Below the pieces are notes generated by a model. That model ran no database searches, had not been told where the DNA came from, and saw nothing but the letters and a program-made list of their open reading frames with translations. From an uncultured Patescibacteria group bacterium (GTDB lineage: Bacteria; Patescibacteriota; Microgenomatia; UBA1400; PJMF01): 64,000 nt of DNA. Positions 10,450 through 19,351 of this stretch are shown piece after piece. The position numbers and the translations under genes were made by a program. The stretch is from positions 314,699-378,698 of the forward strand of contig CAJQIG010000002.1 in the NCBI GenBank assembly GCA_905478415.1. The letters run 5' to 3'. Within the stretch, counting starts at the first letter, position 1; every line of letters begins with the position of its first letter.

Positions 10450-10931
10450 AAAAGCTAGTGACTACTCTTCTGAAGAAGTGCCAAAAACAACGTGGATCCA
10501 CGCTGATTGAGTTGTTGATAGCCACTATGGTTGTGGGGACGGTGATCACCGCGGTAGCCGCTGGAGTGACTCGTTCTGTCAAGAATAACAGTGAGGCCCA
10601 ATACCGAGAAATTGCAACGGTTTTGGCCCAACAAGGAGTTGAAATGTTTAGAAGTGAACGAAATAATTTAGGATGGGTTACGTTTCATAATGATATCGTG
10701 GCGGGGACCTACTGTATTCCAGCTGGAGCCGATGAGTTAGGTGATTTATCGACAGATTTGGTTAACTGTGCGGTTACTGAATCTAATTTTGATTTTAACA
10801 GGCAAGTAGTCTTGACTAAAACTAGTGGTGCAGACCCTGGCGTGACGTTAGAAGTGACCGTGCAGTGGGATCGAAGATCTGGTTCTATGAGTGATGTCAA
10901 AGTGACGCAGACGTTCAAGGATTACGAATAA
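10446..10931 (+). CDS. minor pilin (PilV-like)
   Basis: RG|STLIELLIATMVV; ATVLAQQGVE; VTLEVTVQW. Confidence 0.85.
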   Translation: MKKLVTTLLKKCQKQRGSTLIELLIATMVVGTVITAVAAGVTRSVKNNSEAQYREIATVLAQQGVEMFRSERNNLGWVTFHNDIVAGTYCIPAGADELGDLSTDLVNCAVTESNFDFNRQVVLTKTSGADPGVTLEVTVQWDRRSGSMSDVKVTQTFKDYE

Positions 10932-10942
10932 TTTTTTTGAAG

Positions 10943-11491
10943 TTAATTTCTAAGTGAGACAATTGTGGAGAAATGTTGTGTTGATTCTTCGGCCGAAGTA
11001 TTGTTGACCGATGGAATAACTTTATTTAAATCAAAGTCAATTTTTACAGAACGACCTCCACTAACTGATTCTGTGCAACTAAATTGTAGGTTTTCTGCTT
11101 CTACTTCATCTGAGGTAATGTACATACCACTATTAGAAGCGATTTTAGTGCTCGTGCCATTTAATTCGAGAAAGAACTCCGTTTGTCCTCCATCGAGAGA
11201 TTCGAGTTTGATTTTATCCATGCTTGCTTGGCAGATTTGTGTGTCAGAATTTTCAACAACTTGATATGAATTCCTAAGTAAGAATTCCATCTGAGAGAGT
11301 GCGTACGACCCTTCGATTTTGAGGGTATTTTTAGTGTTAGTGCGGGCATTTGTGACCAAGAAGGTCATGAACATAGCTGAAACAGTCAGACTGAGGATGA
11401 CCATCAGGCTAGTGACAATCATCAGCTCAATCAGGGTAAAACCCTGGTTTTTAGCAGTTTTAAGAGTTCTTGAAGCATTGTTTAGAGGCAT
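10943..11491 (-). CDS. minor pilin (PilW/GspJ-like), opposite strand to the rest of the locus
   Basis: QG|FTLIELMIVTSLMVIL; C-terminal FSTIVSLRN. ATG at 11491. Confidence 0.85.
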   Translation of the reverse strand: MPLNNASRTLKTAKNQGFTLIELMIVTSLMVILSLTVSAMFMTFLVTNARTNTKNTLKIEGSYALSQMEFLLRNSYQVVENSDTQICQASMDKIKLESLDGGQTEFFLELNGTSTKIASNSGMYITSDEVEAENLQFSCTESVSGGRSVKIDFDLNKVIPSVNNTSAEESTQHFSTIVSLRN

Positions 11492-11529
11492 AGAGGCACC
11501 ATTTGTTACTTGTGTATCTATCTGCAATT

Positions 11530-12114
11530 CTACTCTATTTTGAAACGTGATTCTAGGTGGGTGTTTTTTTGTTGAATAGCTTCATCAATGAGATCTCGGA
11601 TGAGAGTGGATTTAGGCTTTTTTTGCTGGTGTGAGAGTTCCTCCAGAAAATGATTCTGTTTTGCTGTTATAAAAAAATTGAAACGCATGTTTAACTGTTC
11701 TTTTGAAAAAGCGAGAGCTTCTTTAACCATGTATTCTAAGTTGTCATTGTTATATTCAATTATTTGAATTAATTCATCATCAATGCCTCTAAATACAAAT
11801 GGAATTGATGTTTTATTTTCTTCCATCAAGATAATTACTGGTTTCTTCATTGCCATTGCGAATGAGAGTTCATAACCTGCATTAATATCACTCTCTGTGA
11901 TTTCATAGATGATTACATCAGCTTTTTTCATCCATGTAACAAATTTCTTTCTAAATTTTATTGATTCTTTAACTGATTCATTTTTTATTTCATTAATAGT
12001 TCTATTTAAATAATGATTAGTAATTAACTTGTGATCTGACGTAGATATACTATTGATAATTTTTTTATAGTTTTCAATATTACCATTTACTACTGCTGCG
12101 AAGTGAACAAACAT
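11530..12114 (-). CDS. nucleoside 2-deoxyribosyltransferase/DNPH1-fold protein with C-terminal ribbon-helix-helix
   Basis: WMKKADVIIYEIT...AGYELSFAMAMKKPVIIL resembles the DNPH1/NDT core; RFNFFIT...LEELS...KSTLIRDLIDEAI fits the RHH pattern. Confidence 0.75.
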   Translation of the reverse strand: MFVHFAAVVNGNIENYKKIINSISTSDHKLITNHYLNRTINEIKNESVKESIKFRKKFVTWMKKADVIIYEITESDINAGYELSFAMAMKKPVIILMEENKTSIPFVFRGIDDELIQIIEYNNDNLEYMVKEALAFSKEQLNMRFNFFITAKQNHFLEELSHQQKKPKSTLIRDLIDEAIQQKNTHLESRFKIE

Positions 12115-12176
12115 GATTATTTCAATATAATTAATTAAATATAGCGCATTATAAGACTATTTTGAGAAACTATAAA

Positions 12177-12213
12177 TGTGTAATTTTCACACCTTGATTA
12201 TAAGTGGTATAAT
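12177..12213 (+). promoter_or_regulatory. extended -10 promoter with TGTG-N7-CACA pseudo-palindrome over the -35 region
   Basis: TGgTATAAT at 12205-12213; TGTG(12177-80)-taatttt-CACA(12188-91) in the AT-rich divergent spacer. Confidence 0.5.
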
Positions 12214-12286
12214 AGCATGCCTCTAGTTTGTAAAATTATGAGCTATAAATTATTAATAAGACTTGGTGTTAGAAGTATCTTTGTAT

Positions 12287-13339
12287 ATGAATCTGGAAAT
12301 TGAAAAAATTCTTCACAGAAAAAGGAACAAACCTTTTGTAATTACTAACTTGACGATGCACAGTATGGATGCGTCAGTGTTTGAGTATATAGAAATGAAG
12401 ATGCACCAAAAACTGAGAATGGACGTGAGTGGCTACAAAGAAGTTGTAGTTGTGGGAATGTATGACCGTTCGTGTGAAATTTCAGACCATGAGAAAACCG
12501 GTAAGTTAACAAACTGGCAACGTCCAACGGTAGAAGTGGTTGATGATGTGCTCATTCTCAAGTGCTTTCCTGGAAAAGACTATGTTGCTCACTATGCTTC
12601 TCTGGTAGCATCGTATTTTGCTCTCAAAGGACTTCCTTTCGATAACGTTAGTTTTGTGATTCCAACAGAACAAGAGTGTTGGGATGCAGTCTATGCTCTG
12701 CCATTAGATGTCATTGAAAAATCGGATGCTATTGTTGTAGGTTCTGGTTTATTCAACATTGCTGGTGAAACTGTCTTATGGCAAGGGAATGATGAGTTTT
12801 TGTGGGCATCAGAAGTGTTAGAGAATGGTAAGAAAATTTCGTATGCTATTTTTCAGTTTAGTTTTTGGGGAGATATTCTTTACAGAATCATTCATGTACT
12901 TGCAGAGCTTGGACACACCCAAGCAATTTTTACAGCTAAGATTGGTGGCATTGACGATCAGATTATTCCAAATGATACGCTTGCAACCGGAAGCTTGACT
13001 TCTATTAATGGAGAAATAGTCAAGTGGGATAATATTTTTGAAGCAGTACAATCAGAAAAATTACTGGTTGGAACTCACGTTAATTCGCATTCGGTGTTGC
13101 TTGAAACAAAAGACTGGGTTCGCTTATTCTCCACTTTCACCTTTGTTGATTCGGAAGTTGGGTACTTTGCAAAAGCTGCCAAAGAAGCAGACTTAGCTTT
13201 TGGATACCTTCACTTTGTTTCAAACAACTTATCAAAAATATTTAGTGAGGATTTGTCAAATGAAAGATCTGAAGTAGTTATCAAAAAAAGAAGTGTCCTC
13301 AATAGTGAAATTGGAAAGATTATAAAGAAGACGATATAA
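12287..13339 (+). CDS. nucleoside phosphorylase/nucleosidase (PNP_UDP)-like protein
   Basis: C-terminal half has AIFTAKIGG, FVDSEVG and YLHFVSNNL, matching the xGxxGG / VDME / VSD layout of the PNP-UDP-MTAN superfamily. Alternative TTG start at 12263. Confidence 0.55.
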   Translation: MNLEIEKILHRKRNKPFVITNLTMHSMDASVFEYIEMKMHQKLRMDVSGYKEVVVVGMYDRSCEISDHEKTGKLTNWQRPTVEVVDDVLILKCFPGKDYVAHYASLVASYFALKGLPFDNVSFVIPTEQECWDAVYALPLDVIEKSDAIVVGSGLFNIAGETVLWQGNDEFLWASEVLENGKKISYAIFQFSFWGDILYRIIHVLAELGHTQAIFTAKIGGIDDQIIPNDTLATGSLTSINGEIVKWDNIFEAVQSEKLLVGTHVNSHSVLLETKDWVRLFSTFTFVDSEVGYFAKAAKEADLAFGYLHFVSNNLSKIFSEDLSNERSEVVIKKRSVLNSEIGKIIKKTI

Positions 13340-13354
13340 GGGAACTAGAACAAT

Positions 13355-13918
13355 ATGAAAATTCACTTTGGCGCAGCCGTAGATGGCGATAAAAAAGATT
13401 ACCAAAAAATTTATGAAGTTATTGAAAAACTAGGTCATAGTGTAGTTACTGATCATTATTTAACAAGGAAAATAGAAGACATCAATAACGAAACCCCATC
13501 GGAAGCAGAGCTCTATGCAAAACGTTCGATGAGATGGATAAAAAACGCTGATGTAGTCTTGTTTGAAACTACTAAAGCTGATGTGAGTGTTGGATACGAG
13601 TTAGCAGTTGCAGTCAATCTGCATAAACCTGTGGTGGTTATGTATCACAACGAAAAAGGTCGTGCTCCAAACAGTATTAAAGGTGTCGAGTCCGAAAAAC
13701 TTCAAATTACTGGATATGATGATGAAACACTTGCAGAAATTTTAGATATCTCTCTCGAGAATGCGCATGATTCATCTGATGTTCGTTTTAATTTTTTCAT
13801 TTCTCCTGCTATTGGAAACTACCTCGATTGGATTGCCAAAAACAAAAAGATTCCTCGATCGGTATATCTGAGAACTTTAATTCAGAATGATATGGAAGCA
13901 AACGAAGAGTATCGATAG
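13355..13918 (+). CDS. nucleoside 2-deoxyribosyltransferase/DNPH1-fold protein with C-terminal ribbon-helix-helix (paralog of 11530..12114)
   Basis: WIKNADVVLFETT...VGYELAVAVNLHKPVVV; VRFNFFISP...LDWIAK...RSVYLRTLIQNDM. Confidence 0.75.
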   Translation: MKIHFGAAVDGDKKDYQKIYEVIEKLGHSVVTDHYLTRKIEDINNETPSEAELYAKRSMRWIKNADVVLFETTKADVSVGYELAVAVNLHKPVVVMYHNEKGRAPNSIKGVESEKLQITGYDDETLAEILDISLENAHDSSDVRFNFFISPAIGNYLDWIAKNKKIPRSVYLRTLIQNDMEANEEYR

Positions 13919-14006
13919 CTCAAAAGCTCTCTTTTCCAAACCCTTTTTATCTTCTCTCCCCTCTTGCTTCGTGCCATAGTTTTACTGTACTATGGAGCAT
14001 AGAGTT

Positions 14007-14792
14007 ATGCTAAAAAAAACTTATACTTCTCAATCAGGACAAGTAGCCGTTATTGTCTTGCTAATCATGGTCGTGTTATTGACCATTGGTTTATCACTAG
14101 CGACACGGACTACCCAAGAACTTTTTCTTTCTGACCAACAGGCAGAAAGTTCTCGTGTCTTTAATGCCGCGGAGTCTGGTATCGAGAAGGCTCTAAGCGA
14201 CGTGCAAGTTGGCACGGGAAATCTCTCCGTGGACAACGTTGATGTAGCCTACTCTGTTCAGGGCAGTAGTGTATTGGAAACTCGAGTTACGGAAGGCATG
14301 AGTGTGCATCTTGATTTAACTGGTTACACTGGTGATGTCACGTTCGAATGGGCAGAAGAAGGATCTTGTGGATCCAGAGCTTCATTAATTGCCGTTATTT
14401 ATTACGATGATGCTGGAGAAATTAAATCTAAAAGTGTGCCGTTTGGCCCTGCCTGTGACAGTCGTCTAGACAACTTTGCAGATGGCCTCTTGTTAGGAGG
14501 CTCTCCTTATTATCATCGATACACACTTTCGACCACGTATCCAGACACACAAGTCAACCATATTCCAGCAAATACTCTTTTCATGAGAGTTAAGCCTGTC
14601 TACGCAGATACCGATTTGTTAATTAGTGGTGGCATCAGTTTCCCAACCCAACACCACACGATTAGTTCGACAGCTACCTACACTGGTGGGAATGAAGAGC
14701 GAAGTATCGAAGTATCACGAACGTTACCTGCTGGACCATCGTATATGGATTATGCCTTGTATTCAGGAGGAGCAATAACCCAGAATCCATAA
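14007..14792 (+). CDS. PilX-like minor pilin
   Basis: SG|QVAVIVLLIMVVLLTIGLSL; RVFNAAESGIEKAL is typical of the PilX N-terminal domain. Confidence 0.8.
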   Translation: MLKKTYTSQSGQVAVIVLLIMVVLLTIGLSLATRTTQELFLSDQQAESSRVFNAAESGIEKALSDVQVGTGNLSVDNVDVAYSVQGSSVLETRVTEGMSVHLDLTGYTGDVTFEWAEEGSCGSRASLIAVIYYDDAGEIKSKSVPFGPACDSRLDNFADGLLLGGSPYYHRYTLSTTYPDTQVNHIPANTLFMRVKPVYADTDLLISGGISFPTQHHTISSTATYTGGNEERSIEVSRTLPAGPSYMDYALYSGGAITQNP

Positions 14793-14837
14793 ACTTGTAA
14801 CAATAGAGCAAATATAAAGAGTAAGAAAGCCTGCCCA

Positions 14838-15845
14838 ATGTCTACACTCGCACTTGATATCGGAACATATAGTATAAAAGCTGTCGCTGGAAAAGCTGGT
14901 CCAAAGCCAACTATTGAGCGTGTGGCCGAAGTTTTCAATACGGCTGGTATTGCTGTTCCAACTGACGATGTCAGCCAAGATAAGCTCATCAACCTTTTAG
15001 AATCAGTCATTGTAGATAACGATCTGCCTCGTACTGATGTTCGGCTCTCTCTGCCAGAATCTGTAATCTCAACAAAAGTAATCGAAATTCCTCCGCTCAG
15101 TGACGCCGAGTTAGCTTCTGCCATTGGCTGGCAAGCTGAACAACATATCCCTATTCCACCAGAGGAACTAGCTTTGGAATACCAAGTTCTCTATCGTCCA
15201 CCTAAAAAGGAAAAAAAGCCAATGCGGATCCTTTTAGTTGGTGCCAGAAAACAAGTTATTGATCGATATGTAGATATGTTCCATGTACTGGGTATCGAGC
15301 CATCATTACTTGAAACTCAAATTATTTCGGTCATGAGATCTCTGGTTTTTACCCCCGAGGATCCCAACACTATGGTTGTACATATTGGAGCTTCAAACAT
15401 GAATATGGGGCTTGTCAAAGGCGGTGAACTGCAGTTTGTGACTACACATATGAATGGTGGCCAGTTACTCACTAAAGCCTTAGAGCAAGGCGTGGGTCTT
15501 GATCAAACACAAGCTGAAAAATATAAGCGCACTTACGGTTTGGATGAATCACAATTCCAAGGTAAAGTGCAGGCTGCCTTATTACCAGCACTTAAAGTGC
15601 TCGTAACTGAAGTAAAGAAATCAGTTCAGTTTTTCGTGACAAAGTATCCACAAGAATCAGTACAAAGGATTGTGCTTTCTGGAGGAACGGCAACGCTTCC
15701 TCATTTAGTACAGTACATCACGCAGGAACTGGGAACCGAAGTTTTAGTTGCAGCTCCTTTTACTGGCGTGAATGGTCAAATTCCCGAAACTATTAATCAA
15801 CCAGCCATGAGTGTTTGTATGGGACTCATGCTCAGAGAAGTATAA
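14838..15845 (+). CDS. pilM: type IV pilus assembly protein PilM
   Basis: Actin-like motifs LDIGTYSIK, VHIGASNMN, IVLSGGTA. Confidence 0.9.
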   Translation: MSTLALDIGTYSIKAVAGKAGPKPTIERVAEVFNTAGIAVPTDDVSQDKLINLLESVIVDNDLPRTDVRLSLPESVISTKVIEIPPLSDAELASAIGWQAEQHIPIPPEELALEYQVLYRPPKKEKKPMRILLVGARKQVIDRYVDMFHVLGIEPSLLETQIISVMRSLVFTPEDPNTMVVHIGASNMNMGLVKGGELQFVTTHMNGGQLLTKALEQGVGLDQTQAEKYKRTYGLDESQFQGKVQAALLPALKVLVTEVKKSVQFFVTKYPQESVQRIVLSGGTATLPHLVQYITQELGTEVLVAAPFTGVNGQIPETINQPAMSVCMGLMLREV

Positions 15846-15849
15846 TTGT

Positions 15850-16482
15850 ATGGCTCGATCTATTAACTTTGTTGCCAACCGTAGAAAGCGTCTCACCTCA
15901 CAACAAAAACAGGATGAGAAGTTGTTTGGGTACTCTGTTATTGGCATTATTCTTGTCTTTGTTTTTTTCTTAATTGCAATTGGTATTAGATTCTTTGCTG
16001 TTTTTCAGGTTAAGGCTATGGAGGAACAGCAGGCAAATACTAGAAAAGCTATTCAGGCTCAAGAAAGTGTCGAGAAAGAATATAATATTTTTGCCCATAA
16101 GCTCCGAGCCTTATCCGACCTATTTGGAAAACGACAAAATAAACAGGAAGCTTTAGTTTATTTTTCTCAGGTTTTTGGACCACAGATTATTATTAGCGAA
16201 ATTGACTACTCGGCAGCAGAAGATGATATTGTTTCTTTCACTCTCACTGCTCCAAGTATTTTTGACCTGGAAAATGTTTTTACTATTTTAGACTCTGATG
16301 ATGTTAGTGAAAAATATGCCAAAATTGAACGAAGTAGCCTCGGCAGAGGTGATTCTGGCTCGTACTCAATTAAGTTAACCATTGTTTTGGGTGAATCAAC
16401 TGTTTTGGAGGAAGCAGCTGCGGCTCTCCCAGAAGAAGATTCAGTACAAGAAGCATTTGGTAAGGCACTACTGAATAATTAA
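15850..16482 (+). CDS. PilN-like protein
   Basis: N-terminal SINFV motif, one TM helix, coiled coil; follows pilM. Confidence 0.7.
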   Translation: MARSINFVANRRKRLTSQQKQDEKLFGYSVIGIILVFVFFLIAIGIRFFAVFQVKAMEEQQANTRKAIQAQESVEKEYNIFAHKLRALSDLFGKRQNKQEALVYFSQVFGPQIIISEIDYSAAEDDIVSFTLTAPSIFDLENVFTILDSDDVSEKYAKIERSSLGRGDSGSYSIKLTIVLGESTVLEEAAAALPEEDSVQEAFGKALLNN

Positions 16483-16485
16483 ATT

Positions 16486-17439
16486 ATGGCAAGCACACGA
16501 AAAAAACAGTTTAACTATAAAATCATTTGGATTACACGCCGAAAGTTGGTGTACTCTGTTGGCTTGGTTGCCTTGGCAATTTTACTCTTAGTATTTGCCT
16601 TTTATCCTCAAGTAAAAGAATCACTGGCTCTACAAAGTAAGTACAAAAAGGAACAGCCAAAGCTTCAAAAATTGCAAGCCAAGCTTACTGACTTACAAAC
16701 TATTGATTCTACCACTGAGTATGCACAAGCAGATGTGGTCCGGGCGGCGCTGCCATCAAACAAACCATTACTAGAGTTTTTAACCAGTTTAAATAGTATT
16801 GCCGTGGCCAGTAACATTGCTGTTAAAGATTTTGCTCTTTCACCAGGCTCAATTGCAACTGATAGCGCCGAGGCCGCAACAAATAAAAAATCCAAAAATG
16901 CAGATAATGTTGACACGTTAGATCTTGAAATTGAGATTGAGGGCACTTTCGATCAACTGCAGCAATTTCTGCTTGATATCGAAAAAATCTCACCATTTAC
17001 GACTATTACGCAACTTTCACTCGGTAAAGGGACTTCGGCAGCTGATAGAAGTACTGATCGAATAATTGGTGCAAAGCTGAGTACCAGTACCTACTTCTTC
17101 ACCCAGTCCATTAAGGCTACTGTTGATGCTCCACTCCCAAAGTTGACAGCTACTGATCGCAATGTTCTTACTGCCTTGAGTGATTTTCAAGAGTACGATT
17201 TGCCAGAACAAACAGAAATCTTGGGAGGCGTTGCTGACCCATTTGGCATTAACAAACTAGAAATACTGAACCAGTTTGGTGACTCATTGTCTCCGCTTCC
17301 TCAAAGTAGTGGCCCTTCTCTGCTCCAAACTCGGTTAGAGACACCGCCAGACGATGCAACTGCGGTTACGCCAGATACGGCACCAGCACCTTCAGAACAG
17401 CAGGCAGACGAAGCTCCTCCAACATTTGCTACAGAGTAA
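16486..17439 (+). CDS. PilO-like protein
   Basis: TM segment, coiled coil, ALPS, IEGTFDQLQQFLLDIEK; follows the pilN-like gene. Confidence 0.75.
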   Translation: MASTRKKQFNYKIIWITRRKLVYSVGLVALAILLLVFAFYPQVKESLALQSKYKKEQPKLQKLQAKLTDLQTIDSTTEYAQADVVRAALPSNKPLLEFLTSLNSIAVASNIAVKDFALSPGSIATDSAEAATNKKSKNADNVDTLDLEIEIEGTFDQLQQFLLDIEKISPFTTITQLSLGKGTSAADRSTDRIIGAKLSTSTYFFTQSIKATVDAPLPKLTATDRNVLTALSDFQEYDLPEQTEILGGVADPFGINKLEILNQFGDSLSPLPQSSGPSLLQTRLETPPDDATAVTPDTAPAPSEQQADEAPPTFATE

Positions 17440-17467
17440 CGGCACGTGCGCCCCTATTTTTTGCTAC

Positions 17468-17496
17468 AAAAAAGGCCAGGCTGAAAGCCTGGCCTT
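17468..17496 (-). terminator. intrinsic terminator of rpsP-khpA
   Basis: AAGGCCAGGC-tgaaa-GCCTGGCCTT with an A6 run on the + strand. Confidence 0.85.
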
Positions 17497-17514
17497 CCTA
17501 GTAATTTCAATGTT

Positions 17515-17766
17515 TTAAGCGTTCTCTTCTTTATCACCATCATCGATGTTAATGTAGGCATGAATACCTTCTTTAACAGCTCTGATTTTACCAATATTGC
17601 GAATTGACTGGATAACTGAGCCACCTTTACCGATGACACGACCAATATCCTCTTGATTGACGTGAATGGTAAAGACCATTCCTCGGTCATCTTCAGATTC
17701 GACAACGTTTACATCTTCAGGATGTTGGACTAAATGAATAAGAATATACTCAATAAGATTTTTCAT
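17515..17766 (-). CDS. khpA: KH-domain RNA-binding protein
   Basis: DIGRVIGKGGSVIQSIR; lies directly after rpsP. Confidence 0.9.
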   Translation of the reverse strand: MKNLIEYILIHLVQHPEDVNVVESEDDRGMVFTIHVNQEDIGRVIGKGGSVIQSIRNIGKIRAVKEGIHAYINIDDGDKEENA

Positions 17767-17807
17767 GGTTAGAAACTTTCTATTAGTACGTACTACTGGT
17801 AGTACTT

Positions 17808-18233
17808 TTACGCAGCAGGTTCTGCAACTACTTCTTCAGCGACTTCAGGGGTTTTTTCTGGGGTTTCTGCAACGACAGGAGCTTCAGCTTTAGCTGTTGC
17901 TTTCTCTTTTTTTGCAGCTGCCTTTTCCTCTTCAGCTAGAGCAAGTTTAGCTTTAGCTTTTTTAGAAGGTTTAGCCTTCTTTGGAGGGAATGGAGTTCCA
18001 GATTCAAAGCGTTTAGCTAATTCTGCAACGGTGTCAGTTGGCTGTGCACCTTTGGTGAGCCAAGCTTTGTATTCCTTCATGTCAATTTGAAGCAGTTTTG
18101 GTGTTTGTGTTGGTGCGTAGTGTCCAAGAAGTGCGGTGTAAGCACCGTCTCTTTTTGAACGAGCTTCGTTTACAACAATACGATAGTGTGGCTGATTCTT
18201 TTTTCCGAATCGAGCGAGTTTGATCTTAAGCAT
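17808..18233 (-). CDS. rpsP: 30S ribosomal protein S16
   Basis: MLKIKLARFGKKNQPHYRIVV; WLTKGAQPTDTV. Confidence 0.97.
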   Translation of the reverse strand: MLKIKLARFGKKNQPHYRIVVNEARSKRDGAYTALLGHYAPTQTPKLLQIDMKEYKAWLTKGAQPTDTVAELAKRFESGTPFPPKKAKPSKKAKAKLALAEEEKAAAKKEKATAKAEAPVVAETPEKTPEVAEEVVAEPAA

Positions 18234-18399
18234 AGGTATCTTTTTTTCGAATGTTTACTACTGGTGAACTTGTTTGACGAGTTCCTTTGTTGACTGAGCA
18301 TGTCCTGTAGCCAAGTAGAGATGTAACTACAGAACCCAAATTATACGGCACTTTCTTATTTTTCTCAAGTAGAAGGATTTTTTTATAAAAGCAACAGGC

Positions 18400-19068
18400 T
18401 TACTCTGCGTCTGGATATTTTTTAAGCGCTTTTTCAGCTGCGTTTTGTTGGGCACGTTGTTTGCTCGTACCGGTTCCACGGGCGACGACTTTGTCTCCTA
18501 CGACGACTTGGATAGTGAATTCCTTGTCATGGTCAGGGCCAACTTCGGTTATAACTTGGTAATCTGGGGTCTCAAAGCCGAGGGCTTGCACAATTTCTTG
18601 CAAGTGACTCTTTGGGTCCTTGTAGAGTTTATTTTCTAGGATGAGGTCAATTTCAGTAAAGAGTTCTGCATGTAAAAAAGTACTGACTACTTCTATGCCT
18701 TGGTCAAGATAGAGAGCGCCGATAACGGCTTCCATAGTGTCAGCTAAGAGGCCAATGTTAGTTCGGCCACCAGTTGCTTCCTCGCCTCGACTCATGAACA
18801 GAGCCTCTCCGAGGCCCAATTTAGTAGCAATTTTTGCTAGAGTTGTGGTTTTAACGAGAGCACTTCGATAAGCAGTTAAGGTGCCTTCTGGTTTTTTTGG
18901 AAATTTATTGAATAAAAATTCGGTGGTAATTACTTCCAGGACAGCATCACCTAGAAACTCGAGTCGTTCGTTCGATTCTTCGGCTGAAGAATTTTTTTCA
19001 TTCAGGGCGCTTCGATGAGTCAAAGCTTTTGTTAAGAGATCAGTATTTTTGAAATCAGGAATATTCAT
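18400..19068 (-). CDS. rnc: ribonuclease III
   Basis: NERLEFLGDAVL signature; dsRBD DPKSHLQE. Confidence 0.97.
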   Translation of the reverse strand: MNIPDFKNTDLLTKALTHRSALNEKNSSAEESNERLEFLGDAVLEVITTEFLFNKFPKKPEGTLTAYRSALVKTTTLAKIATKLGLGEALFMSRGEEATGGRTNIGLLADTMEAVIGALYLDQGIEVVSTFLHAELFTEIDLILENKLYKDPKSHLQEIVQALGFETPDYQVITEVGPDHDKEFTIQVVVGDKVVARGTGTSKQRAQQNAAEKALKKYPDAE

Positions 19069-19081
19069 AGTTTTTCCCCTG

Positions 19082-19351
19082 TTATCCTAGTTCGATTTCT
19101 TCACAAACTACGACGCTGAGTTCTCGTACCGTTTCTACGCTCTCCTCTTCCTCAATTTCGGCCGCATTGAGACTAGTGCCAAGCTTGGCATTGATTACCT
19201 TAGTGAGGCGCAAAAGTTCACCATCTACGATCTCTAGTTCATCCTCCAAATGCATATCTGGTTGAATTTCTTCGATATCGTTACCTGTTTCTTCTGAGAT
19301 GATTTCTCTAATTTTCTGTAATGTGGCTGTGTAAAGTTCTTCATTAATCAT
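19082..19351 (-). CDS. acyl-carrier-protein-like acidic protein lacking the DSL serine
   Basis: 89 aa: KIREIISEETG...IQPDMHLEDELEIVDGELLRL...VETVREL aligns by eye with ACP; lies upstream of rnc. Confidence 0.65.
   Translation of the reverse strand: MINEELYTATLQKIREIISEETGNDIEEIQPDMHLEDELEIVDGELLRLTKVINAKLGTSLNAAEIEEEESVETVRELSVVVCEEIELG

Noticed and set aside
11488-14004. 8-bp direct repeat GCATAGAG (11488-11495 and 13997-14004) as a target-site duplication of the cassette
   Set aside because: The repeat is short, and excision would leave two divergent start codons only 6 nt apart with no room for promoters. No transposase or terminal inverted repeats are present.
10920-14010. Site-specific invertible (phase-variable) pilin segment
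   Set aside because: No convincing inverted repeats at the candidate junctions and no recombinase in the window.
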